NCBI GenBank assembly: GCA_017436645.1 | Contig: JAFSCR010000012.1 | Location: 1,123-65,122 of the forward strand | Length of the DNA stretch: 64,000 bases | From: Clostridia bacterium | Lineage (GTDB): Bacteria; Bacillota; Clostridia; UMGS1883; UMGS1540 | Direction of reading: 5' to 3' | Shown: one piece after another, positions 47,199-56,904 of the stretch | Numbering within the stretch: the stretch's first letter is position 1 | Layout of the letters: the number at the start of each line of letters is the position of its first letter | Program-made: the position numbers and the translations under genes | Notes under the pieces: generated by a model | Seen by the model: the letters and a program-made list of their open reading frames with translations, nothing else | What the model was told of the DNA's origin: nothing | The model's database searches: none

Positions 47199-47654
47199 TT
47201 ATTTCTCCATGAGAAGCTTTCTCAGCTCCTGCATAAATGTATTGATATCTTTAAACTGTCTGTATACGGATGCAAAGCGTACGTATGCCACCTCGTCAAT
47301 GCCTTTGAGCTGTTCCATGACAAGGTCGCCGATACGGACGGACGTAATTTCCCTGTCGAGAGAGTTCTGGATAATGTTTTCAATGGTGGACACCATGTTT
47401 TCCATAATCTCCACGGAAACGGGGCGCTTTTCGCAGGCCTTTACAATGCCTCGAAGGAGCTTTTCCCTGTCAAAGGGCTCTCTGCCCTTGTCCTTTTTAA
47501 TGACCATAATGGGCACGCCTTCAATTTTTTCATAGGTTGTAAACCGCCGTTTACATTTCAGACATTCTCGTCTTCTTCTGATGGATGCGCCCTCTTCGGT
47601 GGGACGGGAGTCGAGCACCTTACTGTCTTGGGTATCGCAATACGGACACTTCAT
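47199..47654 (-). CDS. nrdR: transcriptional repressor NrdR (zinc ribbon + ATP-cone)
   Basis: [17 protein letters not shown]...[12 protein letters not shown]. Confidence 0.9.
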   Translation of the reverse strand: MKCPYCDTQDSKVLDSRPTEEGASIRRRRECLKCKRRFTTYEKIEGVPIMVIKKDKGREPFDREKLLRGIVKACEKRPVSVEIMENMVSTIENIIQNSLDREITSVRIGDLVMEQLKGIDEVAYVRFASVYRQFKDINTFMQELRKLLMEK

Positions 47655-47702
47655 TTTTCTATCTTCCTTTCCTCCGGTTTTCGTACAGAGTCCGGTTTTC
47701 GC

Positions 47703-48128
47703 CTAGTCATTCATTTTGGCAATTCTGTCGGCGTGTCTGCCGCCGGCAAATTTCGTTTCGAGCCATGCATCCACACATGCCGCCGCAAGCACATTCCCTG
47801 TCACTCTGCCGCCGAGGCATAAAATGTTGGCGTTATTGTGTTCGGAAGCAAGGGATGCCGAAACGGGCTCAGATACAAGCGCCGCACGGATGCCGTGGTG
47901 CTTATTTGCCGCAATGGAAATGCCGATGCCCGTGCCGCAGCATAAAATGCCCTTTTCGCACTTGCCTTCCTGTATCATTTCCGCAACGGCGGCGGCATAC
48001 TGGGGATAATCGCAGGATTCGGTGCTGTGACAACCAACGTCCAAAACCTCTATCCCTTTCCCCGCAAGATATGTTTTTAAAAATTCTTTCAGTTCGTAAC
48101 CGCCATGGTCGCTGCCGATTGCTATCAT
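47703..48128 (-). CDS. rpiB: ribose-5-phosphate isomerase B
   Basis: MIAIGSDHGGYELK, 141 aa RpiB/LacAB fold. Confidence 0.85.
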   Translation of the reverse strand: MIAIGSDHGGYELKEFLKTYLAGKGIEVLDVGCHSTESCDYPQYAAAVAEMIQEGKCEKGILCCGTGIGISIAANKHHGIRAALVSEPVSASLASEHNNANILCLGGRVTGNVLAAACVDAWLETKFAGGRHADRIAKMND

Positions 48129-48814
48129 TTTGCATTCCCTTTCTCTTTTTCCATATATTCTCGTTCCGCCTGAGAAAGCCGCAGGTAGAAAGGTTCCACC
48201 TCGTGGGGACTTTTCGGCTCTACCGCCATTGCCGCAAGGCCGACGGAAGATGCCCTGTGGTGAAGAAGGTGGTCAGGCGCAAAGTGTGCCCTCTCCCCCA
48301 TTTTATCAAGGATTGCCGCTTTGTGTACCATCACGCCGTCGCCGACGAACATGGCTTCCTCCACTTCTTCCAGAAGGTCGGAAAGCGGTATGGCACGCAT
48401 GGGCGTAATTTCTGTTAAAGTTTCCCCATCGGAGCGGTACGTTGCCGTATATACTTCGCCCCGTCTTGCATCCATAATGGGTACGATCATCCCTTTGTAG
48501 CTTACCACATTATAGGCAAGGGCCAAAAGGGTAGGCACGGAATATAAAGGCTTCCCTGCGCCCAGGGCAAGGCCCTTGGCTGTGCCAAGACCGATACGAA
48601 CACCCGTAAAGGAGCCGGGGCCACATGATACCGCCACACCGTCTATCTCCCCGATGGAAACGCCTGCCAAAGAAAGGGCAGCATCCACAAGGGGCATAAG
48701 GGTCTGGGAATGGGTAAGTCCTGTATTTATAAACTGTTCAGAAAGTAATGTACTGCCGCAAAAAACTGCGGCGCCGGCACTTTTTGCCGCACTTTCAATG
48801 GCTAAAATTTTCAT
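48125..48814 (-). CDS. tsaB: tRNA t6A biosynthesis protein TsaB (inactive Kae1 homologue)
   Basis: MKILAIESAAKSAGAAV N-terminus; 229 aa; adjacent housekeeping context. Confidence 0.75.
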   Translation of the reverse strand: MKILAIESAAKSAGAAVFCGSTLLSEQFINTGLTHSQTLMPLVDAALSLAGVSIGEIDGVAVSCGPGSFTGVRIGLGTAKGLALGAGKPLYSVPTLLALAYNVVSYKGMIVPIMDARRGEVYTATYRSDGETLTEITPMRAIPLSDLLEEVEEAMFVGDGVMVHKAAILDKMGERAHFAPDHLLHHRASSVGLAAMAVEPKSPHEVEPFYLRLSQAEREYMEKEKGNAK

Positions 48815-48826
48815 AAGTTAACTACC

Positions 48827-50599
48827 TCAAAGCTCTGCCGCTTCTTCTCCGCCACCGTAAATGGGCAGGAGAATCCGCACGCTTGTTCCTTTGCCCTTGC
48901 CGCTCTTTATGGTAATTCTGCCGCCGTGGGCTTCCACAATTTCCTTGGCAATGGCAAGACCAAGGCCAGTGCCGCCCATTTTGCGGCTTCTTGCCTTGTC
49001 CACCCGATAAAACCGTTCAAAAATGCGGGGCAGATCCGCTTCGGGAATGCCGATGCCTGTGTCCGTCACGGTAATAATGGCTTCTGTAAGCCGTGCCGCA
49101 CATTCCACATGCACCATGCCGTTTTTCGGGGTATACTTAATCGCATTGGAAACAATATTTACAAGCACCTGTTCGATTCTGTCCTTGTCACCGTTGACAA
49201 GGGGCATATCGGGTGCTTTGTTGGTAAAAGTCAGCTGTTGGTTATTTTTCTCCGCCTCAAGAGAAAGCCTTTTTACAACGCTCTCGGAAAGCTTCGGGAG
49301 GGAAAACGGCATTTTCTTTATAACGTGGCCATAATCAAGCTGGGAAAGCATAAGAAGGTCACGGACAAGTCGAGTCATGCGGTCCGCCTCGTCACAGATA
49401 ACAGAGAGAAAGTTTTTCTCCATGGAGCCTTCCGCCGCACTTTCCATAAGGGTTTCGCCGTAGCTTTTTACGTTGGTCAGCGGCGTTCTGAGTTCGTGGG
49501 AAACATTTGCAACAAATTCTCTTCTCGAGTCATCAAGCCTTTGCTGTTCGGTAATATCCTGCAGCACCACAACAATACCGCTTGCAGGCCCCTTTTCGGG
49601 GGTAAGCTTTGCAAAATATGCACGGATATGCATATTGTCGAGGGTAATGGTCTTTTCCACCGTGTTGTTTTCTTCAAGATAAAGAAGGGTATTCATGGAA
49701 ACGCCCACGGAAAGCCGTTCCATAAGCCTGTCAAAGGGCTCCCCCTCTTCTCCGAGGGATAAAAGACGCCTTGCGGCAGGGTTTATGTGCATCACCGAGC
49801 CGTCACGGTAAAACGCCATAACGCCGTCGGCCATGTAAGTCAGCACCGTTTCCACCTTATTTTTTTCCGCCGCAATATCAAAAAGCGTTTTCCGAAGTTC
49901 TGCCGCCATGGTATTAAAAGAACCTGTCAGCTGGCCGATTTCGTCGTTGTGTTTCACTTCCGTTTTGCCGTCAAAATCACCTGCGGCAAGCTTTTCTGCA
50001 CGTTTTTTCAGGCTTAAAAGCGGCGCCGTAATCATACGGGAGAGAATCAGTCCTAAAAATACGGCAAGGAATAATCCAAGGAGAAGGCCCCACAGAATAA
50101 TGGTGAAAATATTTTCCAAAATGCCGTAAAGCTCTTCTTTTGTATCGCTGATGTAAATAATATACTGTGTTCTGCCGCCGTCCTCCACGGGATAGGCATA
50201 GTCCATTACGCTGCTTCGCCTGTCCACACGGCTGCCCACTTCGCCCGAAAGGGCGGTGAGCACATTTTCCGAAGGCGCCACGGCCGTACTGCCGTCAGGG
50301 GCATAGAGCACCCGCCCGTCCGTACCGGACAAAATGTAATAATTACGGTACGAATCAATCCCCATTCGGCCTACATACGTATCGAGAAGTGTTTCCAGTT
50401 CGCCTTGTGTTTCTCCGGCCGCCGCTTGCAGCTGGTCGGTAAAGTCACGGGAAAACACCACCGTTTCCATCTGGGTGCAAAACTCGTCATGATAATATTT
50501 ACTGATACTTATTAAAAGGAACGTCCCCACCACAAGCATAACGGAAACAACCAGAAGCAAAAACAGGGTGAGGATTTTCCACTGAATACTTTTTAACAT
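48827..50599 (-). CDS. sensor histidine kinase (TM-HAMP-PAS-HisKA-HATPase; WalK/PhoR-like)
   Basis: H-box SHELRTPLT, N/G1/G2 boxes (NAIKYT, DTGIGI, GGTGLGLAI), two TM segments, HAMP. Confidence 0.85.
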   Translation of the reverse strand: MLKSIQWKILTLFLLLVVSVMLVVGTFLLISISKYYHDEFCTQMETVVFSRDFTDQLQAAAGETQGELETLLDTYVGRMGIDSYRNYYILSGTDGRVLYAPDGSTAVAPSENVLTALSGEVGSRVDRRSSVMDYAYPVEDGGRTQYIIYISDTKEELYGILENIFTIILWGLLLGLFLAVFLGLILSRMITAPLLSLKKRAEKLAAGDFDGKTEVKHNDEIGQLTGSFNTMAAELRKTLFDIAAEKNKVETVLTYMADGVMAFYRDGSVMHINPAARRLLSLGEEGEPFDRLMERLSVGVSMNTLLYLEENNTVEKTITLDNMHIRAYFAKLTPEKGPASGIVVVLQDITEQQRLDDSRREFVANVSHELRTPLTNVKSYGETLMESAAEGSMEKNFLSVICDEADRMTRLVRDLLMLSQLDYGHVIKKMPFSLPKLSESVVKRLSLEAEKNNQQLTFTNKAPDMPLVNGDKDRIEQVLVNIVSNAIKYTPKNGMVHVECAARLTEAIITVTDTGIGIPEADLPRIFERFYRVDKARSRKMGGTGLGLAIAKEIVEAHGGRITIKSGKGKGTSVRILLPIYGGGEEAAEL

Positions 50600-51288
50600 T
50601 ATTCCGCCTTCAAATAGTAACCTACGCCACGCTTTGTAATAATATAGCGGGGTTCGGCAGGATTATCTTCTATTTTCTCACGAAGGCGCCTTATGGTAAC
50701 GTCCACCGTACGCACCTCACCGAAATATTCATATCCCCATACCTGCTCGAGAAGATTTTCACGGGTGAAAATCCGTCCCGGCTGCTGGGCAAGGAATTTT
50801 AAAAGCTCAAATTCACGAAGCGTAAGCTCCACCACCTGCCCGTCACGGGTGATTTCGTATCTGTCACAAAGAATGCTGTATTCCCCGAAACGAATAACCT
50901 GGCTTTCCTTCGTTTCCGTGCCTTTGTCGGTACGGCGAAGGTGTGCCTTTACTCTCGCCATCAGCTCTCTGACGCCGAAGGGCTTCGTGATGTAATCATC
51001 CGCCCCCATTTCAAGGCCTACAACCTTATCGAGTTCTTCGTCTCTTGCCGTCAGCATAAGTATCGGCACCGTGCTCTTTTCACGGACTCTTCGGCAAACG
51101 TCAAACCCGTCCATGCCGGGGAGCATCACGTCAAGAAGTATAAGGTCCGGCGCTTTGGAAAGAGCAAGGGATAAACCCTCTTCTCCATCCATTGCATAAA
51201 TGACTTTATAATTTTCTCTTTCCAGATTAAATTTTAAAATGTCAACAATCGGTTTTTCGTCCTCAATAATCAGAATTAACCGCTGCAT
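50599..51288 (-). CDS. OmpR-family response regulator
   Basis: receiver domain (ILIIEDE...DLILLDVMLPGMDG) + winged-helix C-terminus; overlaps the kinase start by 1 nt. Confidence 0.85.
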   Translation of the reverse strand: MQRLILIIEDEKPIVDILKFNLERENYKVIYAMDGEEGLSLALSKAPDLILLDVMLPGMDGFDVCRRVREKSTVPILMLTARDEELDKVVGLEMGADDYITKPFGVRELMARVKAHLRRTDKGTETKESQVIRFGEYSILCDRYEITRDGQVVELTLREFELLKFLAQQPGRIFTRENLLEQVWGYEYFGEVRTVDVTIRRLREKIEDNPAEPRYIITKRGVGYYLKAE

Positions 51289-51440
51289 GCCGTCACCTCG
51301 CTATTCCTCTGTTTTCCTATAATTATACAATAAGTTTGTACCATTGTCAAGAAATTACCATACATTTTGTGCTTGACTTCTGTATATACGATATGGTATA
51401 CTTTTCCTAATGAATTTTATGAAAAAAAGGAGAATGTCAG

Positions 51441-52862
51441 ATGAAAATATTTGAAAAATCCATCCGCGAAAAAGACGGCGTTCGCATTTACATGGCAGAA
51501 GTAAATGGCGAAACGGTTCTCATTTCCGAAGGCGATGCAGGTTTCAAAGGCGAAAAGGCAGAAATTGACGGCAAAAACGTCGTTGTAGCTCCCCAAAACC
51601 ACGAAAATGCCAACGTGCTCCGCGCCCTTTTCCCCTTCACGGCACCCACCCGTGTCCTCGGCAAGGAAAGAAGCTTCGGCGTTGGTGACCGCCTCGGCAT
51701 TGCCACTCCCGGCCATATTGCCGTTTTTGAAAAATATGATGCTTACCCCGTGCTTGCACAGCAGTCCATGCGTGAGCTGACGCTTACCGACCGCACATAC
51801 GAAGATGTTCTTGACTGTGCTTCCTTCGCAGTATTCCGTGACGGCTTTGAAAAAGGCTTCGGCGCTGACGGTGACCATCTCAAAAAAGCAGAAGACGTCC
51901 GCTATGCTCTGGACCTCGGCTTTTCTATGATTACCCTTGACTGCTCCGATTTTATTGATAATAACGCCGCTGCACTTTCCGATGCGGAAGTGGAAAAGGC
52001 ATATGTAAAAAACGAAGAGCTGGAAGGCATATACCTTGGCAAATCCTTTGATATTGGCGAAGGCGTTACCCTTGCCTTCTCTGCCGAAGAGCTCCGCCGC
52101 ATCATTCTCGTATACGGCAAGGCCATAGATTTTGCCGTTTCCATTTACGAAGAATTCTTTAAAGACGGCAAGTATAATGCAGACTTTGAAATTTCCATTG
52201 ACGAAACCTTAACACCCACCACCCCCCTTCAGCACTTCTTTGTTGCAAACGAACTGACCCGTCGGGGCGTAAAATTTGCCACCATGGCACCCCGTTTCTG
52301 CGGTGAATTCCAGAAGGGGATTGACTATATCGGTGACCTTCAGCAGTTCACAAGCGAAATGACCGTTCACGCCCAGCTCGCCCGTCACTTTGGCTATAAG
52401 CTGAGCATCCACTCCGGTTCTGATAAGTTCTCCACCTTCCCCATTATCGGTGAGAAAACACGTGGCATCTTCCACGTTAAAACCGCCGGCACAAACTGGC
52501 TGGAAGCGATGCGTGTTATTGCTATGGTAGACCCCAAATTCTACCGTGAAGTACATGCCTACGCACTCGAAGCTTTTGACGAAGCTACCAAGTACTACCA
52601 CGTTACCACGGACCTTACAAAAATCAAGCCTTTAAGCGAAGTCAGCGACGAAGACCTTCCCAAATACTTTGACGAAAATGATGCCCGTCAGCTCATTCAC
52701 ATTACCTATGGCCTTATCTTAAGCCGCAAGAATGCAGACGGCAGCTTTGCTTACCGTGACAAGCTCTACAGCCTCTGGCGTGAGCACGAAGCCGTTTACA
52801 CCGATGCACTCGTTCGTCACATTGGTCGTCATCTGGCACTTCTCGGCGTAAAGGATAACTAA
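51441..52862 (+). CDS. tagaturonate/fructuronate epimerase UxaE-like protein
   Basis: 473-aa TIM-barrel-like protein; assignment from overall resemblance to the UxaE/GatZ-like family, not verified. Confidence 0.4.
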   Translation: MKIFEKSIREKDGVRIYMAEVNGETVLISEGDAGFKGEKAEIDGKNVVVAPQNHENANVLRALFPFTAPTRVLGKERSFGVGDRLGIATPGHIAVFEKYDAYPVLAQQSMRELTLTDRTYEDVLDCASFAVFRDGFEKGFGADGDHLKKAEDVRYALDLGFSMITLDCSDFIDNNAAALSDAEVEKAYVKNEELEGIYLGKSFDIGEGVTLAFSAEELRRIILVYGKAIDFAVSIYEEFFKDGKYNADFEISIDETLTPTTPLQHFFVANELTRRGVKFATMAPRFCGEFQKGIDYIGDLQQFTSEMTVHAQLARHFGYKLSIHSGSDKFSTFPIIGEKTRGIFHVKTAGTNWLEAMRVIAMVDPKFYREVHAYALEAFDEATKYYHVTTDLTKIKPLSEVSDEDLPKYFDENDARQLIHITYGLILSRKNADGSFAYRDKLYSLWREHEAVYTDALVRHIGRHLALLGVKDN

Positions 52863-52916
52863 AAACCATAAGCGGACGGCACGGGCCGTCCGCTTTTTAA
52901 AAAAGGGGACCTATGT

Positions 52917-53663
52917 ATGTTTGATACTGAAAAAATTAAAAACGACTGCATAAAATGGATTGCCGATTTTTTTGAAGAAAACGGCAAGGGCTGCACGGCC
53001 GTTGTAGGCATTTCCGGCGGAAAGGACAGTAGCGTGGTTGCCGCCCTTTGTGTCGAGGCTCTCGGCCGAGACAGGGTTTTGGGCGTTTTAATGCCCTGCG
53101 GCGAGCAGGCGGATATTGATGCGGCCTATCTTCTTGTAAACCACCTCGGCATCCGCCATTATGAGGTGAATATCCGTGCCGCCATGGACGGTATCCTCTC
53201 CGCCCTGCCGAAGGACCTGCCCCTTTCGTCCCAGTCTATGCAGAATCTGCCGCCCCGCATCCGCATGGCTACCCTTTATGCCGTGTCCCAAAGCGTAAAC
53301 GGCAGAGTGGCCAACACCTGTAACCTTTCAGAGGACTGGGTGGGATATTCCACACGGTACGGTGATGCCGCAGGGGACTTTTCGCCCCTTGCCCACCTGA
53401 CGGTGACGGAAATCCGCGAAATCGGTATGAGCCTCGGTCTTCCCGAAGACCTTGTTTATAAAACACCCATTGACGGGCTTTGCGGCAAAACGGACGAGGA
53501 AAATCTCGGCTTTACCTATGCCGATTTGGACGTTTATATCCGGGAAGGCAAAATCGAAAATCAGGAAACGAAAGCGATTATCGACCAAAAGCATAAAAAT
53601 AATTTGTTTAAATTACAGCTTATGCCCTCCTTTATGCCGGAAGGTCTTTACGAAGGGCAATAA
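52917..53663 (+). CDS. nadE: NH3-dependent NAD+ synthetase
   Basis: PP-loop SGGKDSSVVAAL, 248 aa. Confidence 0.85.
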   Translation: MFDTEKIKNDCIKWIADFFEENGKGCTAVVGISGGKDSSVVAALCVEALGRDRVLGVLMPCGEQADIDAAYLLVNHLGIRHYEVNIRAAMDGILSALPKDLPLSSQSMQNLPPRIRMATLYAVSQSVNGRVANTCNLSEDWVGYSTRYGDAAGDFSPLAHLTVTEIREIGMSLGLPEDLVYKTPIDGLCGKTDEENLGFTYADLDVYIREGKIENQETKAIIDQKHKNNLFKLQLMPSFMPEGLYEGQ

Positions 53664-53674
53664 AATCAAAAACA

Positions 53675-53721
53675 AACCCTCTCAAAAGGCTTTTGCCTAT
53701 AGAGAGGGTTTCTCTTTTTTT
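53675..53721. terminator. bidirectional terminator (AACCCTCTC...GAGAGGGTT + T7)
   Basis: 9-bp perfect stem with long loop followed by a T-run, between nadE and the RHH gene. Confidence 0.45.
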
Positions 53722-53863
53722 ATGCTTTCTCTTTCAAATATTCCTTTAAAATCAAATTGATAAACTGGGAAAGAGAACGGTCGTCCGCTTCCGCTTCTGT
53801 ACGCAGTTTTTCCAAAATATCTTTATCAATGGTAATGCTGACTTTTTCTTTTAACGGCTTCAT
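53720..53863 (-). CDS. ribbon-helix-helix (CopG/ParD-like) small DNA-binding protein
   Basis: ORF track 53720..53917; start at MKPLKEKVSITIDKDILEKL with GGAGG RBS; RHH beta-strand + two helices pattern; 47 aa. Confidence 0.5.
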   Translation of the reverse strand: MKPLKEKVSITIDKDILEKLRTEAEADDRSLSQFINLILKEYLKEKA

Positions 53864-53910
53864 ATTCCCGCCTCCTTGCAAATCATTATACAATAAAATG
53901 CGCAAAAGTA

Positions 53911-53939
53911 TTGACAAGTAGTATAAAGTAGTATAAAAT
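53911..53939 (+). promoter_or_regulatory. promoter TTGACA-17-TAAAAT containing direct repeat AGTAGTATAAAGTAGTATAAA
   Basis: consensus -35; spacer and -10 formed by a tandem 9-10-bp repeat. Confidence 0.45.
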
Positions 53940-53973
53940 AGGATTTGTAAACTGAAGAAATGGAGGAATCAAA

Positions 53974-54153
53974 ATGGCAGTCGGCATACCGAAAAAAATT
54001 GATAATTTAGGGCGGCTTACAATTCCGAAAGAATACCGGGATTTTTATCATATGGTGCCGGAAACAGAAGTCTCTGTCGAGGGAACACCGGAAGGCCTTC
54101 TAATCACGCACCCCAAATACAAAATGGTGGAAATTGAAACGAAAAAGGTATAA
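53974..54153 (+). CDS. AbrB/MazE/SpoVT-family swapped-hairpin DNA-binding protein (59 aa), not in ORF track
   Basis: manual translation MAVGIPKKIDNLGRLTIPKEYRDFYHMVPETEVSVEGTPEGLLITHPKYKMVEIETKKV; RBS GGAGGA; signature GRLTIPKEYR. Confidence 0.6.
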   Translation: MAVGIPKKIDNLGRLTIPKEYRDFYHMVPETEVSVEGTPEGLLITHPKYKMVEIETKKV

Positions 54154-54345
54154 AAAAGTGAAAAACCCCACTATGCGGCACACCTATCTAGATGTCTTGC
54201 GCAGGCAACCAACTGCGTAAGGTTTACGTTTGTAACCATGAAGAAGAACCCGATTTTTGCATGATGCAAAGTCGGGTTCTTTGATAGCCTGAAAGGACGC
54301 ATCTTATGTCCTTTGTTATACTTTATCTTTCGAAATTTCGATTTC

Positions 54346-55002
54346 CTAAATTGTATTTTTTGCAAAAATGTTTCTCCGGTCAATCTCGTTTGAAATCGCT
54401 TTAATATGTTCTGCTACTGCAAAATTTTCATTGTCAATGTTATTATCTAGCTCTATTAACATTCGGCGAATATTCGCATCCATCTCTAGAATTACAGCAT
54501 CATTGGAAAAATGGAGTTTTTCTTCTATTTCATCCAACTCGTTTTTGAACTTCACTGCATTTGGCTTCAGCATGACACACTTCACCAGTTTGCGCAATCC
54601 AAGCATATTTGTTTTTGCATTTTGCAATATGTCATTGTCATTTTTTCTATTATTTGAGAACTTCCAAATAATGGAACTTATTGCTAAAAGAATTGCAAAT
54701 GCTGAAAAATAGAATCCCAAATATGAACCATATCCTTCAGGAAAATTTAGGATATACACTATCGAAAGAGCTACTGCTATTGGAATCATAAAAGAAAGAA
54801 CAACTGTTGCGGCGACCTTTCTTGGCTCACTTTTTGAAAAATACGCCAAGGCGGTAACAACCAGTTCCGCAACAACAACGCCAACAAGTGTTATAAGACA
54901 TATAATCTCAGCAAAAATACTTTCAACTACAGTAAAATACAAAATAACAGTAAGTAAAATTGCAACTATACCGCACAGAATGCTAGTAGGCATCTTTTTC
55001 AT
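54346..55002 (-). CDS. membrane protein (4 TM N-terminal, coiled-coil cytoplasmic C-terminal), partner of SPFH paralog 2
   Basis: ORF track 54346..55038; start MKKMPTSIL with GGGAGGG RBS; 14 nt after the SPFH stop. Confidence 0.55.
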   Translation of the reverse strand: MKKMPTSILCGIVAILLTVILYFTVVESIFAEIICLITLVGVVVAELVVTALAYFSKSEPRKVAATVVLSFMIPIAVALSIVYILNFPEGYGSYLGFYFSAFAILLAISSIIWKFSNNRKNDNDILQNAKTNMLGLRKLVKCVMLKPNAVKFKNELDEIEEKLHFSNDAVILEMDANIRRMLIELDNNIDNENFAVAEHIKAISNEIDRRNIFAKNTI

Positions 55003-55016
55003 TTTTATCCCTCCCA

Positions 55017-56288
55017 TTACTCTGTTTTTGTTCCGCACTCACTGCAGAATTTTTTTCCATCAGTGAGTTCCGCGCCACAGTTGGCACATTTTTTTACCAT
55101 TGATTTTCCACATTCGGGGCAGAACTTGGTCCCCGCAGATAATGTTCCACCACATTCAGGGCAAAGAATTTGACCGCATCCCGGACATTTATTTGAGCCA
55201 TCAGGAATATCTGACCCACAATTTTTACAAGGATTAATTTTTTTACCGCATTCGGGACAGAATTTTGTTCCCACTGCAAAAGACCCTCCGCAAGAAGCGC
55301 ACTTCGCTTCGGATGTGTTCTTTCGAGTATCTGCACCGCATTCAGGACAAAATTTTAAACTTTCACCTATTGTAGCGTGGCAAGACGGACATTCCTTTGT
55401 TCCCTCTTTTGTCGACAGGACTGCATCCATATTGCCTACCGCATTCCCAACCGCGCCACCAATTCCAAAGCCGAGGCCAACCCCCATACCAGCACCCATA
55501 ACGGTACCGGCTGCCCCTTGATTTCCTGCGGCGGTATTTAAAGTATCAAATGTTCTTTCTTGCTGATAATTATAGCCCAAAATATCCATCTCGGCTCTTT
55601 TTGCCAATGCCGCCTTAAGTTGCTTAACAGCAGGATCATTTTCAGGAACATTTATATCATTTACATAAAAAGAATGAACCCTTATTCCAAATTCAGAAAA
55701 TTCTTCCTGAAGTTGCTTGCTCAAAGTCGATGATATTTCGTCTAAATGGGAGTTTATCTCCAATATTGAAATTTTAGATGCAACAAGGCATGTAGACAAT
55801 CTATCTTTAACGCGAGTTATATATAAGCCCTTAAAATAATCTGTTAAAGTATTCGTATTAAAGAACGGCATGGTGCCAACAAGCTTCACAAGAAACTTTC
55901 TGGAATCCTCAATTTGTATGCCGAACTGGCCAAAAGCTCTCAAAGGCACAAACACGCCATATTTAGGGTCTTGTACTTGTATTGGTGTGGTAGTTCCCCA
56001 TTTAATATCCAAGGCAAAGGCTTTGTTTATAAACCAAACCTCCGCCGAAAAAGGCGATTTTCCACCAAAAGGAATGTTTACAAGTTTTTGCAAAACAGGA
56101 ATGTTGTCGGTTGTCAGCTGATAATGCCCGGGACCAAAAGTATCGGTTATCTGGCCATTTTTCAACAAAACCGCCTCTTGCGATTCATTAACGATAAGCT
56201 GCGTCCATGTTGCCAATTCTGTATTTGGGTATTTCCAAGCAAAAATGCTTGCATCCGAATTAAATTTCAAAACATCCACAATTGCCAT
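55017..56288 (-). CDS. SPFH/band-7 domain protein (YdjI/COG4260-like) with five C-terminal zinc-ribbon repeats
   Basis: ORF track 55017..56315; start at MAIVDVLKF (RBS AGAGGTG); paralog of 299..1423. C-terminus has 5 x CxxC-x9-12-CxxCG units (CPSCHA..CPECGA, CASCGG..CPECGK, CKNCGS..CPGCGQ, CPECGG..CPECGK, CANCGA..CSECGT). Confidence 0.7.
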   Translation of the reverse strand: MAIVDVLKFNSDASIFAWKYPNTELATWTQLIVNESQEAVLLKNGQITDTFGPGHYQLTTDNIPVLQKLVNIPFGGKSPFSAEVWFINKAFALDIKWGTTTPIQVQDPKYGVFVPLRAFGQFGIQIEDSRKFLVKLVGTMPFFNTNTLTDYFKGLYITRVKDRLSTCLVASKISILEINSHLDEISSTLSKQLQEEFSEFGIRVHSFYVNDINVPENDPAVKQLKAALAKRAEMDILGYNYQQERTFDTLNTAAGNQGAAGTVMGAGMGVGLGFGIGGAVGNAVGNMDAVLSTKEGTKECPSCHATIGESLKFCPECGADTRKNTSEAKCASCGGSFAVGTKFCPECGKKINPCKNCGSDIPDGSNKCPGCGQILCPECGGTLSAGTKFCPECGKSMVKKCANCGAELTDGKKFCSECGTKTE

Positions 56289-56367
56289 AAGTACACCTCT
56301 TTTGAAAAATAACATTTACTTTATTATATAGTACAGCGCGAAAAATGTCAATATTTTTCAAAAATAC

Positions 56368-56396
56368 TTGAATTTTGTTTTTTTATGTTATATAAT
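56368..56396 (+). promoter_or_regulatory. promoter TTGAAT-17-TATAAT for the zinc-ribbon/TM2 gene
   Basis: near-consensus hexamers in the divergent AT-rich intergenic region. Confidence 0.4.
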
Positions 56397-56424
56397 ATAA
56401 AAAAATGTAAAGGAGTTTTATAAT

Positions 56425-56817
56425 ATGAGTAAACTTTGTCCGCAATGCGGTGCTCCCGCACCAGAAAATACAACTAAATGCGAATATTGTGGCGCAGCAA
56501 TTGCCAACAATACAACTTCTGCAACTGCACAACCTGCTCCTCAGCCCCAAGTTGTCTATGTGCGACAACCTCAAGGTGTAAATCCCGAAAGAGCAAATTG
56601 GCCCGTTAAAAACAAAGTGGTAGCTGCTCTCTTAGCCATCTTGTTAGGTTCATTAGGCATTCACAAGTTCTACCTTGGTCAGTCAGGAAAAGGAGTTCTG
56701 TATCTTTTATTCTTCTGGACCTACATCCCTTCTCTCCTTGGTCTTATAGAGGGAATTACCATTCTCTGTTCCAATGACGAGAATTTCCAAATCAAATACA
56801 AATGCCGTATAGGCTAA
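56425..56817 (+). CDS. zinc-ribbon + TM2-domain membrane protein
   Basis: N-terminal CPQCGA...CEYCGA ribbon, Pro/Gln linker, TM2 domain (VAALLAILLGSLGIHKFYLGQSGKGVLYLLFFW). Confidence 0.65.
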   Translation: MSKLCPQCGAPAPENTTKCEYCGAAIANNTTSATAQPAPQPQVVYVRQPQGVNPERANWPVKNKVVAALLAILLGSLGIHKFYLGQSGKGVLYLLFFWTYIPSLLGLIEGITILCSNDENFQIKYKCRIG

Positions 56818-56904
56818 GCGCAGGCTAAACAAAAAATAAAAAAATTTGCATCCTTTCTCCGTTTATGATACACTTAAGGTAAGAACATAAACGGAGAATT
56901 TTTT

